Positions 43,753 through 51,177 of a stretch of 51,177 nt of DNA are shown here, piece after piece. The notes beneath the pieces were generated by a model that worked only from the letters and a program-made list of their open reading frames with translations, was not told the DNA's origin and ran no database searches. Origin of the DNA: Ktedonobacterales bacterium. GTDB taxonomy: Bacteria > Chloroflexota > Ktedonobacteria > Ktedonobacterales > JADMIN01. The number at the start of each line of letters is the position of its first letter. The first letter of the stretch is position 1. The position numbers were made by a program, and so were the translations under genes. The stretch lies in NCBI GenBank assembly GCA_036393135.1, contig DASVWQ010000310.1:1-51177 (forward strand), written 5' to 3'.

Positions 43753-43907
43753 CGCCAGGCGGGCGCAGCAAGGGGCGCCAGCGCCACGCTCCGTGCGGCG
43801 ATGGGTTATCATGAGCATGGGGCTGCGTGAGGCATGGACCAGCGCCCCAACCGCGCCGCGCCATCGAGGACCGCGTGGCTCACGGGAATCCCTGGAGGTG
43901 GTTTCGC

Positions 43908-44705
43908 ATGGCGGAGCACGTCTGTCTGCGCTGTGGCGCGCCATATGACGAGGGCGCGACCGTCTGCTTCACCTGCGGCGCCTCCATCGGAGAACTGGAG
44001 ACACCGACGCAGCCCGTCCGCGCGCCCCAGCGTCTGGCGCCCGCCCCGCATGCCGAGCCAGGCGCCGCCGAGCAGACCGCTACTCCCGCCACCGCCGTCG
44101 CCGCCAGCCCAGGTCCCAGCCCGGCCTCGCGCCCGCTCACCGTGGGTGGCGCCAGCTATCGCGCGCCCGTTGCGCCTGCCCCACGCCCCATTCGCTGGCC
44201 GCTGGTGATCGTCGCGCTGGTGGTGATCGCCGCGCTGGCCACTGGCGGCGTTCTGGCGGCGCGGGCGCTGCTGGCGGGCAAACCCGTCCCTACCACCACC
44301 ATCTACCACGACCCCCAGCGCCGCTTCTCCTTCGCCGAGCCTTCCCTCTGGACCGTCACCGCTAACTCCCAGGGCGCTCTGCTGACCGATAGCAGCGGCG
44401 CGAATACTGTCACCATCAGCGTCACCAGCGCTCCCAGCGGCCAGGCGGCTGGCCTGATCGCCGATGGCATGGCCCAGCGGCAGGGGTTGCATAGCGCGCC
44501 AGATATCAGCATCGGCGGCGACCAGTGGCAGCAGCGCACGGGCAGTGTCACCGGCCAGGACGGCGCCACCCGCATCGTGACGCTCTACGTGGACACGCAT
44601 GGAACCGCGCTCTACACCATCGAGACCTCCAGCCCCACATCCGTCGCCGACTCGATGACCTCGCTCGTCTATCAGCCGTTGCTCGCCTCATTCTCCTTCC
44701 GTTGA
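43908..44705 (+). CDS. Zinc-ribbon / single-TM protein with an extracytoplasmic C-terminal domain
   Basis: ATG 43908 with GGAGG upstream. CLRCGAPYDEGATVCFTCG is a 4-Cys ribbon. It is followed by a Pro/Ala-rich linker, the TM helix WPLVIVALVVIAALATGGVLAA and a roughly 150-aa beta-rich domain. Confidence 0.65.
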   Translation: MAEHVCLRCGAPYDEGATVCFTCGASIGELETPTQPVRAPQRLAPAPHAEPGAAEQTATPATAVAASPGPSPASRPLTVGGASYRAPVAPAPRPIRWPLVIVALVVIAALATGGVLAARALLAGKPVPTTTIYHDPQRRFSFAEPSLWTVTANSQGALLTDSSGANTVTISVTSAPSGQAAGLIADGMAQRQGLHSAPDISIGGDQWQQRTGSVTGQDGATRIVTLYVDTHGTALYTIETSSPTSVADSMTSLVYQPLLASFSFR

Positions 44706-44857
44706 GCGAGCTACGCGCGCCGCTGCAACCCGGCGCAACCTCTTGCGTAATACTGGGCGGATGGGGGTCGCAGGGAGACGCCGTGAAGCATCGCGGCGTG
44801 GCGACGCCAATCCACACAAGAGAACGGAAGCATCGGCTTCCGTGGAGGGTAGAGAGC

Positions 44858-45133
44858 GTGAACACTCAGCCGAACGGTCGGCGCAATCTGTTCTGGACGA
44901 TCCTGCTGATTCTGGTGTGTCTCTTTCTCCCGCTGATTGGCCATATCATCCTGACCGTGATGATCGCGCGCGACTATCTGACACTCCCTGAAAAGGTCAT
45001 CTGGCTGGTCGCGGTCTGGGCGATTCCGGTGCTCGGCCCGCTGCTCTACCTGCTCGTCGGGCAGCGCAGCAACCGCCTCTTTGGCGGGCATCCGCTCTTT
45101 GAGCGCCGCACCCCCGAATACCCACAATACTAA
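44858..45133 (+). CDS. PLDc_N-domain small membrane protein
   Basis: GTG 44858 with GGAGGG upstream. LFWTILLILVCLFLPLIGHIILTVM and VWAIPVLGPLLYLLVGQR match the PLDc_N pattern. Confidence 0.7.
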   Translation: MNTQPNGRRNLFWTILLILVCLFLPLIGHIILTVMIARDYLTLPEKVIWLVAVWAIPVLGPLLYLLVGQRSNRLFGGHPLFERRTPEYPQY

Positions 45134-45151
45134 GCGCGCGGCGCCGCACAC

Positions 45152-45191
45152 CGACGAAGCGCCTGGGAGACGACTCCCGGGCGCTTCGTCG
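45152..45191 (+). terminator. 18-bp stem hairpin (one G-U pair), loop ACGA, no U-tract
   Basis: cgacgaagcgcctgggag / ctcccgggcgcttcgtcg. It starts 19 nt after the stop of the PLDc_N gene. A TATAAT hexamer follows at 45195..45200. Confidence 0.55.
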
Positions 45192-45250
45192 CGCTATAAT
45201 GAGGCATTGAGTACGCCTACCCGCCTGTTCGTGCTGAGAAGGGAACCATT

Positions 45251-45694
45251 GTGGTCGAAGAAGCCACCGCGCAGAACCCTGTCGTTGTCACTGGAGTCTT
45301 CGACCTGCTCCACATCGGCCATCTGCGGTTCCTGGAAGCCGCACGGCGTCTCGGCGATGCGCTGATCGTTGGGGTGGAGAGCGACGAACGCGTGCGCCGC
45401 TGGAAAGGCCCCAACCGTCCCATCCAGACCGAGGACGACCGGATGGACCTGCTGCGGGCGCTGCGGGTGGTGGATGATGTCTTTCTCATCACTGGCGAGC
45501 GGGTGGACCCCGCCTACTACGCCGACCTGCTCGCGCCCTACCACGCCCGCTACATCGCCGTCACCGCCGACGACCCCTTCCTGAAGCAGAAGCGCGAGGC
45601 CATGCGCTCGGTTGGCGTAGCGTTACGGGTCGTCACGCCGCGCATCGAAAACTACTCCACGACCCATCTGGTGCAGCTGCTGGGCCTGCCATGA
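45251..45694 (+). CDS. Cytidylyltransferase-family nucleotidyltransferase (HxGH class)
   Basis: VVVTGVFDLLHIGHLRFLEAARRLGDALIVGVESDE shows the G.FD..H.GH motif. The start codon is GTG. Confidence 0.8.
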   Translation: MVEEATAQNPVVVTGVFDLLHIGHLRFLEAARRLGDALIVGVESDERVRRWKGPNRPIQTEDDRMDLLRALRVVDDVFLITGERVDPAYYADLLAPYHARYIAVTADDPFLKQKREAMRSVGVALRVVTPRIENYSTTHLVQLLGLP

Positions 45695-45737
45695 GCCGCT
45701 CCCGCCGCTAAACTTGACAATGTTGGTCATCTTTGTG

Positions 45738-45766
45738 TTGACGCCGCGCGGCGCGGGTCTTATGCT
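45738..45766 (+). promoter_or_regulatory. Candidate promoter of the Rrf2 regulator gene
   Basis: TTGACG (45738..45743), 17-nt spacer, TATGCT (45761..45766). A second TTGACA sits 24 nt upstream, at 45714..45719. Confidence 0.4.
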
Positions 45767-45829
45767 GTGAAGTAGCGCGACCTGGTCGAAGTGACGGTGT
45801 TGTTGTGGGTCACGCCAGGACAGAACGTC

Positions 45830-46273
45830 ATGCGACTGACCATGAAGGGTGACTACGGGCTGCGCGCCATGATTGACATGGCCACCCGCTACGGCAAGGG
45901 GCCGACGCCGAGCGCCGAAATCGCGCGCCGTCAGGCCATCCCGGAGCATTTCCTCGATCAGGTGCTCATCACGCTGCGGCGGGCGGGGCTGGTCAAGAGC
46001 CAGCGCGGCCCACAGGGCGGGCATATGCTTGCCAGACCGCCTGCCCAGATCTCGATGTACGACGTGCTGGCCGCGCTGGAGGGCGCGCCCGCCTCGCTGG
46101 AGTGCGTGCCGCAGCCCAACTCCTGCCAGCTCGCGCCGGGCTGTGGGATGCGCGACATCTGGGAGCAGATCGACACCTTCGCGCGCAATCTGCTGACCGC
46201 CACAACCATTGACCAGCTTGCCGCCCGACACCGAGCGCTCGACCACGAAGCCGAGGCGATGTACTACATCTGA
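45830..46273 (+). CDS. Rrf2-family transcriptional regulator with three C-terminal Cys (putative Fe-S ligands)
   Basis: MRLTMKGDYGLRAMIDMA...SAEIARRQAIPEHFLDQVLITLRRAGLVKSQRGPQGG is the Rrf2 wHTH. ECVPQPNSCQLAPGCG shows C-x8-C-x5-C spacing. Confidence 0.9.
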   Translation: MRLTMKGDYGLRAMIDMATRYGKGPTPSAEIARRQAIPEHFLDQVLITLRRAGLVKSQRGPQGGHMLARPPAQISMYDVLAALEGAPASLECVPQPNSCQLAPGCGMRDIWEQIDTFARNLLTATTIDQLAARHRALDHEAEAMYYI

Positions 46274-46303
46274 GCTGAGCCGCATTCGGGCCGCGCGCTC
46301 GCC

Positions 46304-49300
46304 TCAGGCCGACGCCTCGCTCAATCGCTCGCCTGCGCCGAGGCTATCTTCCGCCTCCCACAGCGTCTCAGCCAGCGCGCCGCTGGGCAGCGTACTCTCC
46401 GCGACGCGCCCGCCATCCATGCGCAGGGTGTAGTCGAAGGCGCGCGGCTCGATCACCTGGCTGTGCGAGATGAGGAAGACCTGCGCGAAAGCCTGCGCGA
46501 TGGCCCCGGTCGTCAGCACGCGCGCCAGCGCCAGTGAGCGCTCCGAGTCGAACGCGCTGAGCGGCTCATCGAGGAAGATGAAGCCCGGCGTGGCGCCCAA
46601 CTCCTTGGGCAGAGTGGCCAGCGCGAAGGCCAGCCGCAGCGCCAGCGAAGCCTGGTCGCGCGTGCCGCCCGAATACAGGTTCTTGCGCACATAGCGCCCC
46701 GCCTGCTCGTCCCACATGCGGATGGCGAGGTCCGCGTCGCCGCCACCGCTGGCATCGTCGCGCAGCAGTGAGATGTCGCGATAGCGCCCTGCCGTCAGTT
46801 CTGGCAGGATGGCGCGCATGTACGCCTCGGTTTCTGGCAGCGCGCGACGAATGATGACCGCGCGCACATCCGCCGCCAGCCGCGCGGCGAGATCGCGCTG
46901 GCGCAGGTCGCGCTCGGCCTCCTCCACCTGCGTCCGCAACTCGCCCTCGTCGAGCGGGCCGCTCTCCAGGAGCGTCGCGTGTTCGCTCTCCGTCACCGAC
47001 TGCTCTGAGTGGTAAGCGCGCAGGCGGGCGTCTTCGCGCGCTGCGCGCAAGTCCTCCACCTCAGCGGATTCCACCTCGGCCAGCAGCGGCCACGCCTGCG
47101 CCAGATCGGCCAGCGACTCGTCGCCGTTGACGCTATGACCGCGCTCCTGCATCCGCGTGCGAATCCAGACGCGCAGGTCCTGCGAGGCTGCGCTCAGCTC
47201 GTCACTGCGCGCCCGCAGCCGCTCGCGCTCGGCGTAGTACCGCGCCTGCCACTCGCGCGTCTCCGCGTCATCAAACTGCGTGAGGGCGTCGCGTGTCTGC
47301 GTGGCAAGCTGGCCATGCGCCTCCTCCAGTGCGGCGGCGTCGGGCTGGTCAGGCAGCGCGAACCCCTCGGCGAGGCCGAACGGAGCCAGCGCGCCCGCGA
47401 TCTCTGTCAGCTCCTCGGCCCATGCGCGCAGGCTGTCCACGAGGGTTTCCTGGGTATCCAGCAGGCGTGTGCGGGTGCTCGCGCGGTCCTCGGCGTTGGC
47501 CAGGGTGCGCGTGTAGGTAACTTCCAGCGCGCCGCGCGCCGAGGCGAGGCCATGCAGATCAGCGGGTAGACCCATCGCCCGCGCCTCATCCACCAGCGCT
47601 GTCAGCGCCGCCGTAGCCGCCTCGCGCCGCTGGCGAAGCTGATCGGGGTCGTCGGTGGCGCCGAGCGTGTGGAGCGCGATGCGCGCCCGCTCGCTCTCGG
47701 CCTGCGTCTGCTCCATCGTGGCGAGCGCGCGGGCGGTCAGTGTTTCGGCCTCGCGGACGCGCGCATCGATGTCGGCCACATGCGCGCTGGCCGGCAGGGT
47801 GCGCAGCAGGTCGTCGCCCTCGTCCACACTGGCGGGAATCGGCAGCCCGGCGGCGCGTAATCCCGCCTCCAGGCGCCCGATGTCATCATTCGCCAACCGA
47901 CTGACCAGATTGACCTCGGCGCGCACGGCGGTGATGCCCTGATCGGCCTGCGCCAGCCGCCACTCGTGAGTGCGCCCCGCCGCGACTTCGCGTCGCCAGC
48001 GAGCGCCGAACGCGCCGGCGCCCAGCGCCGCCGCCACCACAATGATCCACAGGACGCCAAGCCGCAGCCCCAGCGCGATGATGGCGGAGAGCAGCGCCAG
48101 GCCGCCACTGGCGGCCACCAGCGCCAGCCAGTACTTTGCCTGCGCCGCGCTCTCGGCCACCTCGCGCTGGTACTTGCCGCGCTCCCCGTTCAGCGCGATG
48201 AGTTGCTGGGTGCGACCCAGACGCACATCGGCTCGCTCACGGGCGCGAATCCACTCGGCCAGCGTCTCGCGAGCATGGGCGCGAGCCTGCATGCTCGCGG
48301 CCTCCGCGCGCAGCGCCTCTGCCTTGTCTAGCTCGATGCGCGCCGCGAACTCGCGCTCCTGCGCCGCGCGCGCCACCTGAAGCTGCACGGCGGCATCGTC
48401 CACCACACCACGCTCGGCGATGGCCTCGCGCAGACTATCCTCCAGACGGCGAATGTCGGCGAGGCGTCGCTGCGCGGCGGGGCCTTGCGCGTCGTCGATC
48501 GCGTCCAGCTCGGCCAGGCGCGTGGTGAGCAAACCTGTCTCGCGCGTGGCCTGCTGGCTCTGGTAGTTCCAGCGCGCCGCATCGGCCAGCCTGCGGTCGC
48601 AGGCGCGCACAGTCTCCATGCGCTCCAGCAGGGCGTCCTGCTCGGCGCGCTCCGCCGCCTGCCCGGCGTCTGTGGCGGCCAGTTCCGCCAGCTCGGCGCT
48701 CGCCGCATCGCGCTGCTCGACCCAGCCGCGCAGCTCGGCGGCATACAACCGCTGCTCCACGCCATCCTCGTGGCGCGACGCCTCGTCGGCCAGTCGCCGT
48801 CGTCGCGCCATCTGCTCGCGCGCCTGCAGCCGCTCCACGTGGCGTCGCTCCTCGGCAGTGGGCGTCAGCGAGCGCTCGATGCGCACCAGTCGCTCCAGGC
48901 CCAGCAGGCGGGAGATCGCCTCCTCACGCTCGTCGCGCCTCAGCGATTCCAGGCGTTCCAGCCCCTTCTGCTCCATGAAGCAGGAGTTGCGCATCGTCTC
49001 ACCATCCAGGCCGCGCAACTCCGCCACGATGCGGTCGTTGACCGCGCTGACCGAGTTGATGCGCTCGTCAGGATACCCGGATCGCCGCGCCACCAGCGTC
49101 GCCTCGGAGGTTGGCGAGCCGCCATTGCGCGAGCGGGTCAGCGTGCGCGTCACCTCCAGCTCAGTCTCGCCCGCCAGCAGTGTCAGTGCGACCCGCGCCT
49201 GCGCGCCGTCGTGCGGAATGAGCGAGGCGAGTGTCGCCTTGCCCGGTTCCTCGCCCACCAGCGGGCGGCCATACAGCGCGAAGTAGATTGCCTCGAAGAG

Positions 49301-49420
49301 CGTGGATTTCCCCGACTCGTTTGGCCCCAGAATCAGTGTAGCGCCGCGACGTGGCAGCCAGAGATCGACATCACGCAGCCGCTTGAGCGCAGGTGTTGTC
49401 AGCCGTTTCAGGGTAATCAT
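46304..49420 (-). CDS. SbcC/Rad50-like SMC-type ATPase (YhaN/SbcE-like) with a central membrane hairpin
   Basis: Walker A GPNESGKST. Long Ala/Arg/Glu-rich coiled-coil arms. Central YWLALVAASGGLALLSAIIALGL-RLG-VLWIIVVAAALGAGAFGA. Signature YSGGTRDQASLALRLAF. Walker B IFLDEPLSAFD. No CxxC hook. Confidence 0.85.
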   Translation of the reverse strand: MITLKRLTTPALKRLRDVDLWLPRRGATLILGPNESGKSTLFEAIYFALYGRPLVGEEPGKATLASLIPHDGAQARVALTLLAGETELEVTRTLTRSRNGGSPTSEATLVARRSGYPDERINSVSAVNDRIVAELRGLDGETMRNSCFMEQKGLERLESLRRDEREEAISRLLGLERLVRIERSLTPTAEERRHVERLQAREQMARRRRLADEASRHEDGVEQRLYAAELRGWVEQRDAASAELAELAATDAGQAAERAEQDALLERMETVRACDRRLADAARWNYQSQQATRETGLLTTRLAELDAIDDAQGPAAQRRLADIRRLEDSLREAIAERGVVDDAAVQLQVARAAQEREFAARIELDKAEALRAEAASMQARAHARETLAEWIRARERADVRLGRTQQLIALNGERGKYQREVAESAAQAKYWLALVAASGGLALLSAIIALGLRLGVLWIIVVAAALGAGAFGARWRREVAAGRTHEWRLAQADQGITAVRAEVNLVSRLANDDIGRLEAGLRAAGLPIPASVDEGDDLLRTLPASAHVADIDARVREAETLTARALATMEQTQAESERARIALHTLGATDDPDQLRQRREAATAALTALVDEARAMGLPADLHGLASARGALEVTYTRTLANAEDRASTRTRLLDTQETLVDSLRAWAEELTEIAGALAPFGLAEGFALPDQPDAAALEEAHGQLATQTRDALTQFDDAETREWQARYYAERERLRARSDELSAASQDLRVWIRTRMQERGHSVNGDESLADLAQAWPLLAEVESAEVEDLRAAREDARLRAYHSEQSVTESEHATLLESGPLDEGELRTQVEEAERDLRQRDLAARLAADVRAVIIRRALPETEAYMRAILPELTAGRYRDISLLRDDASGGGDADLAIRMWDEQAGRYVRKNLYSGGTRDQASLALRLAFALATLPKELGATPGFIFLDEPLSAFDSERSLALARVLTTGAIAQAFAQVFLISHSQVIEPRAFDYTLRMDGGRVAESTLPSGALAETLWEAEDSLGAGERLSEASA

Positions 49421-49423
49421 CGT

Positions 49424-50746
49424 CTATGCGCCCTCCTCGCCACTCATCCGCAGCCGCGCCAGCAGCAGGTCGCCCGCCGCGCGGATGTCCGCTGGATCGG
49501 GTAGCCCTGGCGCGCTATTCCCTGCCTCGCGCAGCGCCTCCTCCACCACCTGCGCTAGCGCCTCGGCGGGCGAGAGCGCGCCCACACGCGCATCGGGCGT
49601 GGGCAGCGCAAAGAAGCGCTCCTCCAGGGTCAGTCCGGTCGTGTCCACCTCCAGCGAGAACGCGATCTCCTGCCCCAGCGTAATCACGTCGCGCAGGGCA
49701 AGCTGGTGGTAGCGCTCGCGGCTCAGCGCGCCCGTCAGCCGTAGCCGCGCCATCGTCTCTGGCGTGCAGGCGTCCGCCAGCGCCGCGCGAATGGTCGCCA
49801 GCGCCGCGTTTGCCTCACCATCCTCGCCATCCTCGCCATCGGCGCTTTCGGTGGCGGGCGCGTTTTCCGGCCAGAGCTGGTCGGCGCTCAGCGTGATGTC
49901 GGCGCGTGGCTGCGCCTGTGTACGGATATGTTCGACGCCGCGCGCTCCGTCGGGTGTTAGCTCGGCCCAGACGAAGCCCGGCTCGCCGGCCTGCGCGCCA
50001 AACTCCATACGCTCAGTCGCGCCGACCACCACCACCTCGCGCTCGCCCATGCGCTGGCGGGCGAAGCGGTGGATATGCCCGGCCACCACCAGGCGGCAGT
50101 CGTCGGGGAGGGCGTCGAGGCTGGCCCGCGCGACGGTGCGCTCGCCTTCGTTGGGGCGCGCCAGCCCCTCGATGGCGGCATGCAGGATCAGCAGCGCGAC
50201 ATCGGCCTCCGTCAGCGCCGCGCTCGCCGTGTCGCTCCAGTGGGCCGCCGCCAGCGGATCGCTCCCCGGCGCCGCGACGGGATTGTTGCTCAGGCCGAGG
50301 ATGGCCACGCGCAGGCCGTTCAGCGTCAGGAGTTGCGGCTCCAGTGTCTCGTTCGCGGCGATGTAGTGTAGCTCGTGGAGCGCGGCGTAGACCTGCTGGG
50401 GCGCCTCGCCGCCATGCTCGCTGCGCATGCGCGGGGTGTCGTGGTTGCCGCTGATGGCAACACAGACGATGCCCGCCGCGCTGAGCCGCTTCAGTTGCGT
50501 GGCGACGAACGCGCGGTCCTGATTGGAGGGCGCGGGCGAGTCGAAGAGGTCGCCGGTGTTGATGAAGAGCGCGGCGTGATGCTCGATGGCATAGTCCACC
50601 GCCGCCTGGAAGCCCCGCTGGAGCCAGGCGCGCCGCTCGCGCCGCCGCACGGGGGAGAGGCGCGGCAATGCGGGCGAGAGATGGTTGTCGCCTGTGACGA
50701 CCAGACCCACGACAGCCTCGTGTGAGTCGGCGGAATGCTGATCCAT
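49424..50746 (-). CDS. Mre11/SbcD-like metallophosphoesterase (YhaO/SbcF-like)
   Basis: VVTGDNHL, NTGDLFD, ISGNHDTP and VAGHIH are calcineurin-like phosphoesterase motifs. Its stop lies 3 nt before the ATPase ATG. Start set at ATG 50746, with GGGAG upstream. Confidence 0.85.
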   Translation of the reverse strand: MDQHSADSHEAVVGLVVTGDNHLSPALPRLSPVRRRERRAWLQRGFQAAVDYAIEHHAALFINTGDLFDSPAPSNQDRAFVATQLKRLSAAGIVCVAISGNHDTPRMRSEHGGEAPQQVYAALHELHYIAANETLEPQLLTLNGLRVAILGLSNNPVAAPGSDPLAAAHWSDTASAALTEADVALLILHAAIEGLARPNEGERTVARASLDALPDDCRLVVAGHIHRFARQRMGEREVVVVGATERMEFGAQAGEPGFVWAELTPDGARGVEHIRTQAQPRADITLSADQLWPENAPATESADGEDGEDGEANAALATIRAALADACTPETMARLRLTGALSRERYHQLALRDVITLGQEIAFSLEVDTTGLTLEERFFALPTPDARVGALSPAEALAQVVEEALREAGNSAPGLPDPADIRAAGDLLLARLRMSGEEGA

Positions 50747-51067
50747 TGCGCACACTCCCTATGTCAACACTTCCCCAGCGGCCCCATGCACGTGGTGGCG
50801 GCTTGCTCCTTGGCGCCCAGCAAGTGTAGACCCGCGAGCCGCGCAGCGTCAAACCGCGCCCCTGTGTACAGGACCATCAGCCCGCCCCGTGTGGGTTACG
50901 CCAAAGTGCTGTGGAGAGGCGCCTGCGTCGCTTCGGCGCATCGCCAGCGGCTCGCTTTTTGGAGCCTGTCTGTGCGATGCTGGCGGTACGTTTAAGCGGC
51001 CTGCCTGCCAGCGCGCATCAGCCTGGTAGGCGCCGACCGCATGGCAAACCACATTCAGGAGCTGGGA

Positions 51068-51177
51068 ATGAGCGCACGCGATCTCACGGAGACGAAAGAA
51101 TACCACCTCATCTACGCCGAACTCATCAACGCCGCGCGACATCGCGGTACTGTCACCTATCAGGAGATGGCGGAACT
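51068..51177 (+). CDS. 5' end of an unidentified ORF (runs off the window)
   Basis: ATG 51068 with AGGAG 7 nt upstream. It encodes MSARDLTETKEYHLIYAELINAARHRGTVTYQEMAE. I recognise no family. Confidence 0.3.
   Translation, partial: MSARDLTETKEYHLIYAELINAARHRGTVTYQEMAE

Overview
High-GC bacterial chromosomal segment. Spot counts on single 60-nt lines give about 68% G+C in the core and 40-48% inside one insertion. Coding density is high and there are many spurious antisense ORFs, as expected at this GC. Gene content and order suggest a Chloroflexota-like or other monoderm-type lineage, but that is inference only. The supporting points are cysS-rlmB-yacP synteny, an auracyanin-like lipoprotein cupredoxin, a caa3-type oxidase and tRNAs with encoded CCA.

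Main blocks:
(1) 1-960: rpmH-rnpA-yidD on the minus strand, with a near-consensus rpmH promoter.
(2) 960-3930: a low-GC insertion carrying an IS66-type transposase remnant, two paralogous secreted Cys/aromatic-rich proteins and a 4-TM protein. It is bracketed by a diverged direct repeat of the 3' coding end of the neighbouring gene.
(3) 3930-5313: parA plus a non-ParB partner gene.
(4) 5519-20220: a roughly 14.7-kb minus-strand array in which the System I cytochrome c maturation genes (ccmABCDEFH, ccdA, a thioredoxin-like gene and a CopD-like gene) lie between caa3 oxidase genes ctaC-ctaD and a subunit-IV-like gene plus ctaE. ctaB lies upstream.
(5) 20471-24779: a degenerate kinase-like/atypical OmpR-receiver fusion, a TetR regulator, a polytopic membrane protein and a blue-copper lipoprotein.
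(6) 24958-46273: housekeeping and miscellaneous genes. These are mnmG, a DUF983 protein, a GH92 mannosidase, an SDR, an acyl-CoA ligase, a RAM-domain protein, PCD, yacP, rlmB, cysS, a PIG-V-like GT-C, two tRNA-Ser, ybjQ, glyQS, an orphan HEPN protein, a TroA-like binding protein, an NmrA-like protein and an Rrf2 regulator.
(7) 46304-50746: an Mre11/SbcD-like plus SbcC/Rad50-like pair whose ATPase has a central membrane hairpin and no zinc hook.

No rRNA, CRISPR array or intact mobile element was seen. The best candidates for something new are the 960-3930 insertion, the cox-ccm array (Cys-type CcmE reading CPSKF, plus two unassigned embedded genes) and the ParA/partner pair. None can be proven from sequence alone.
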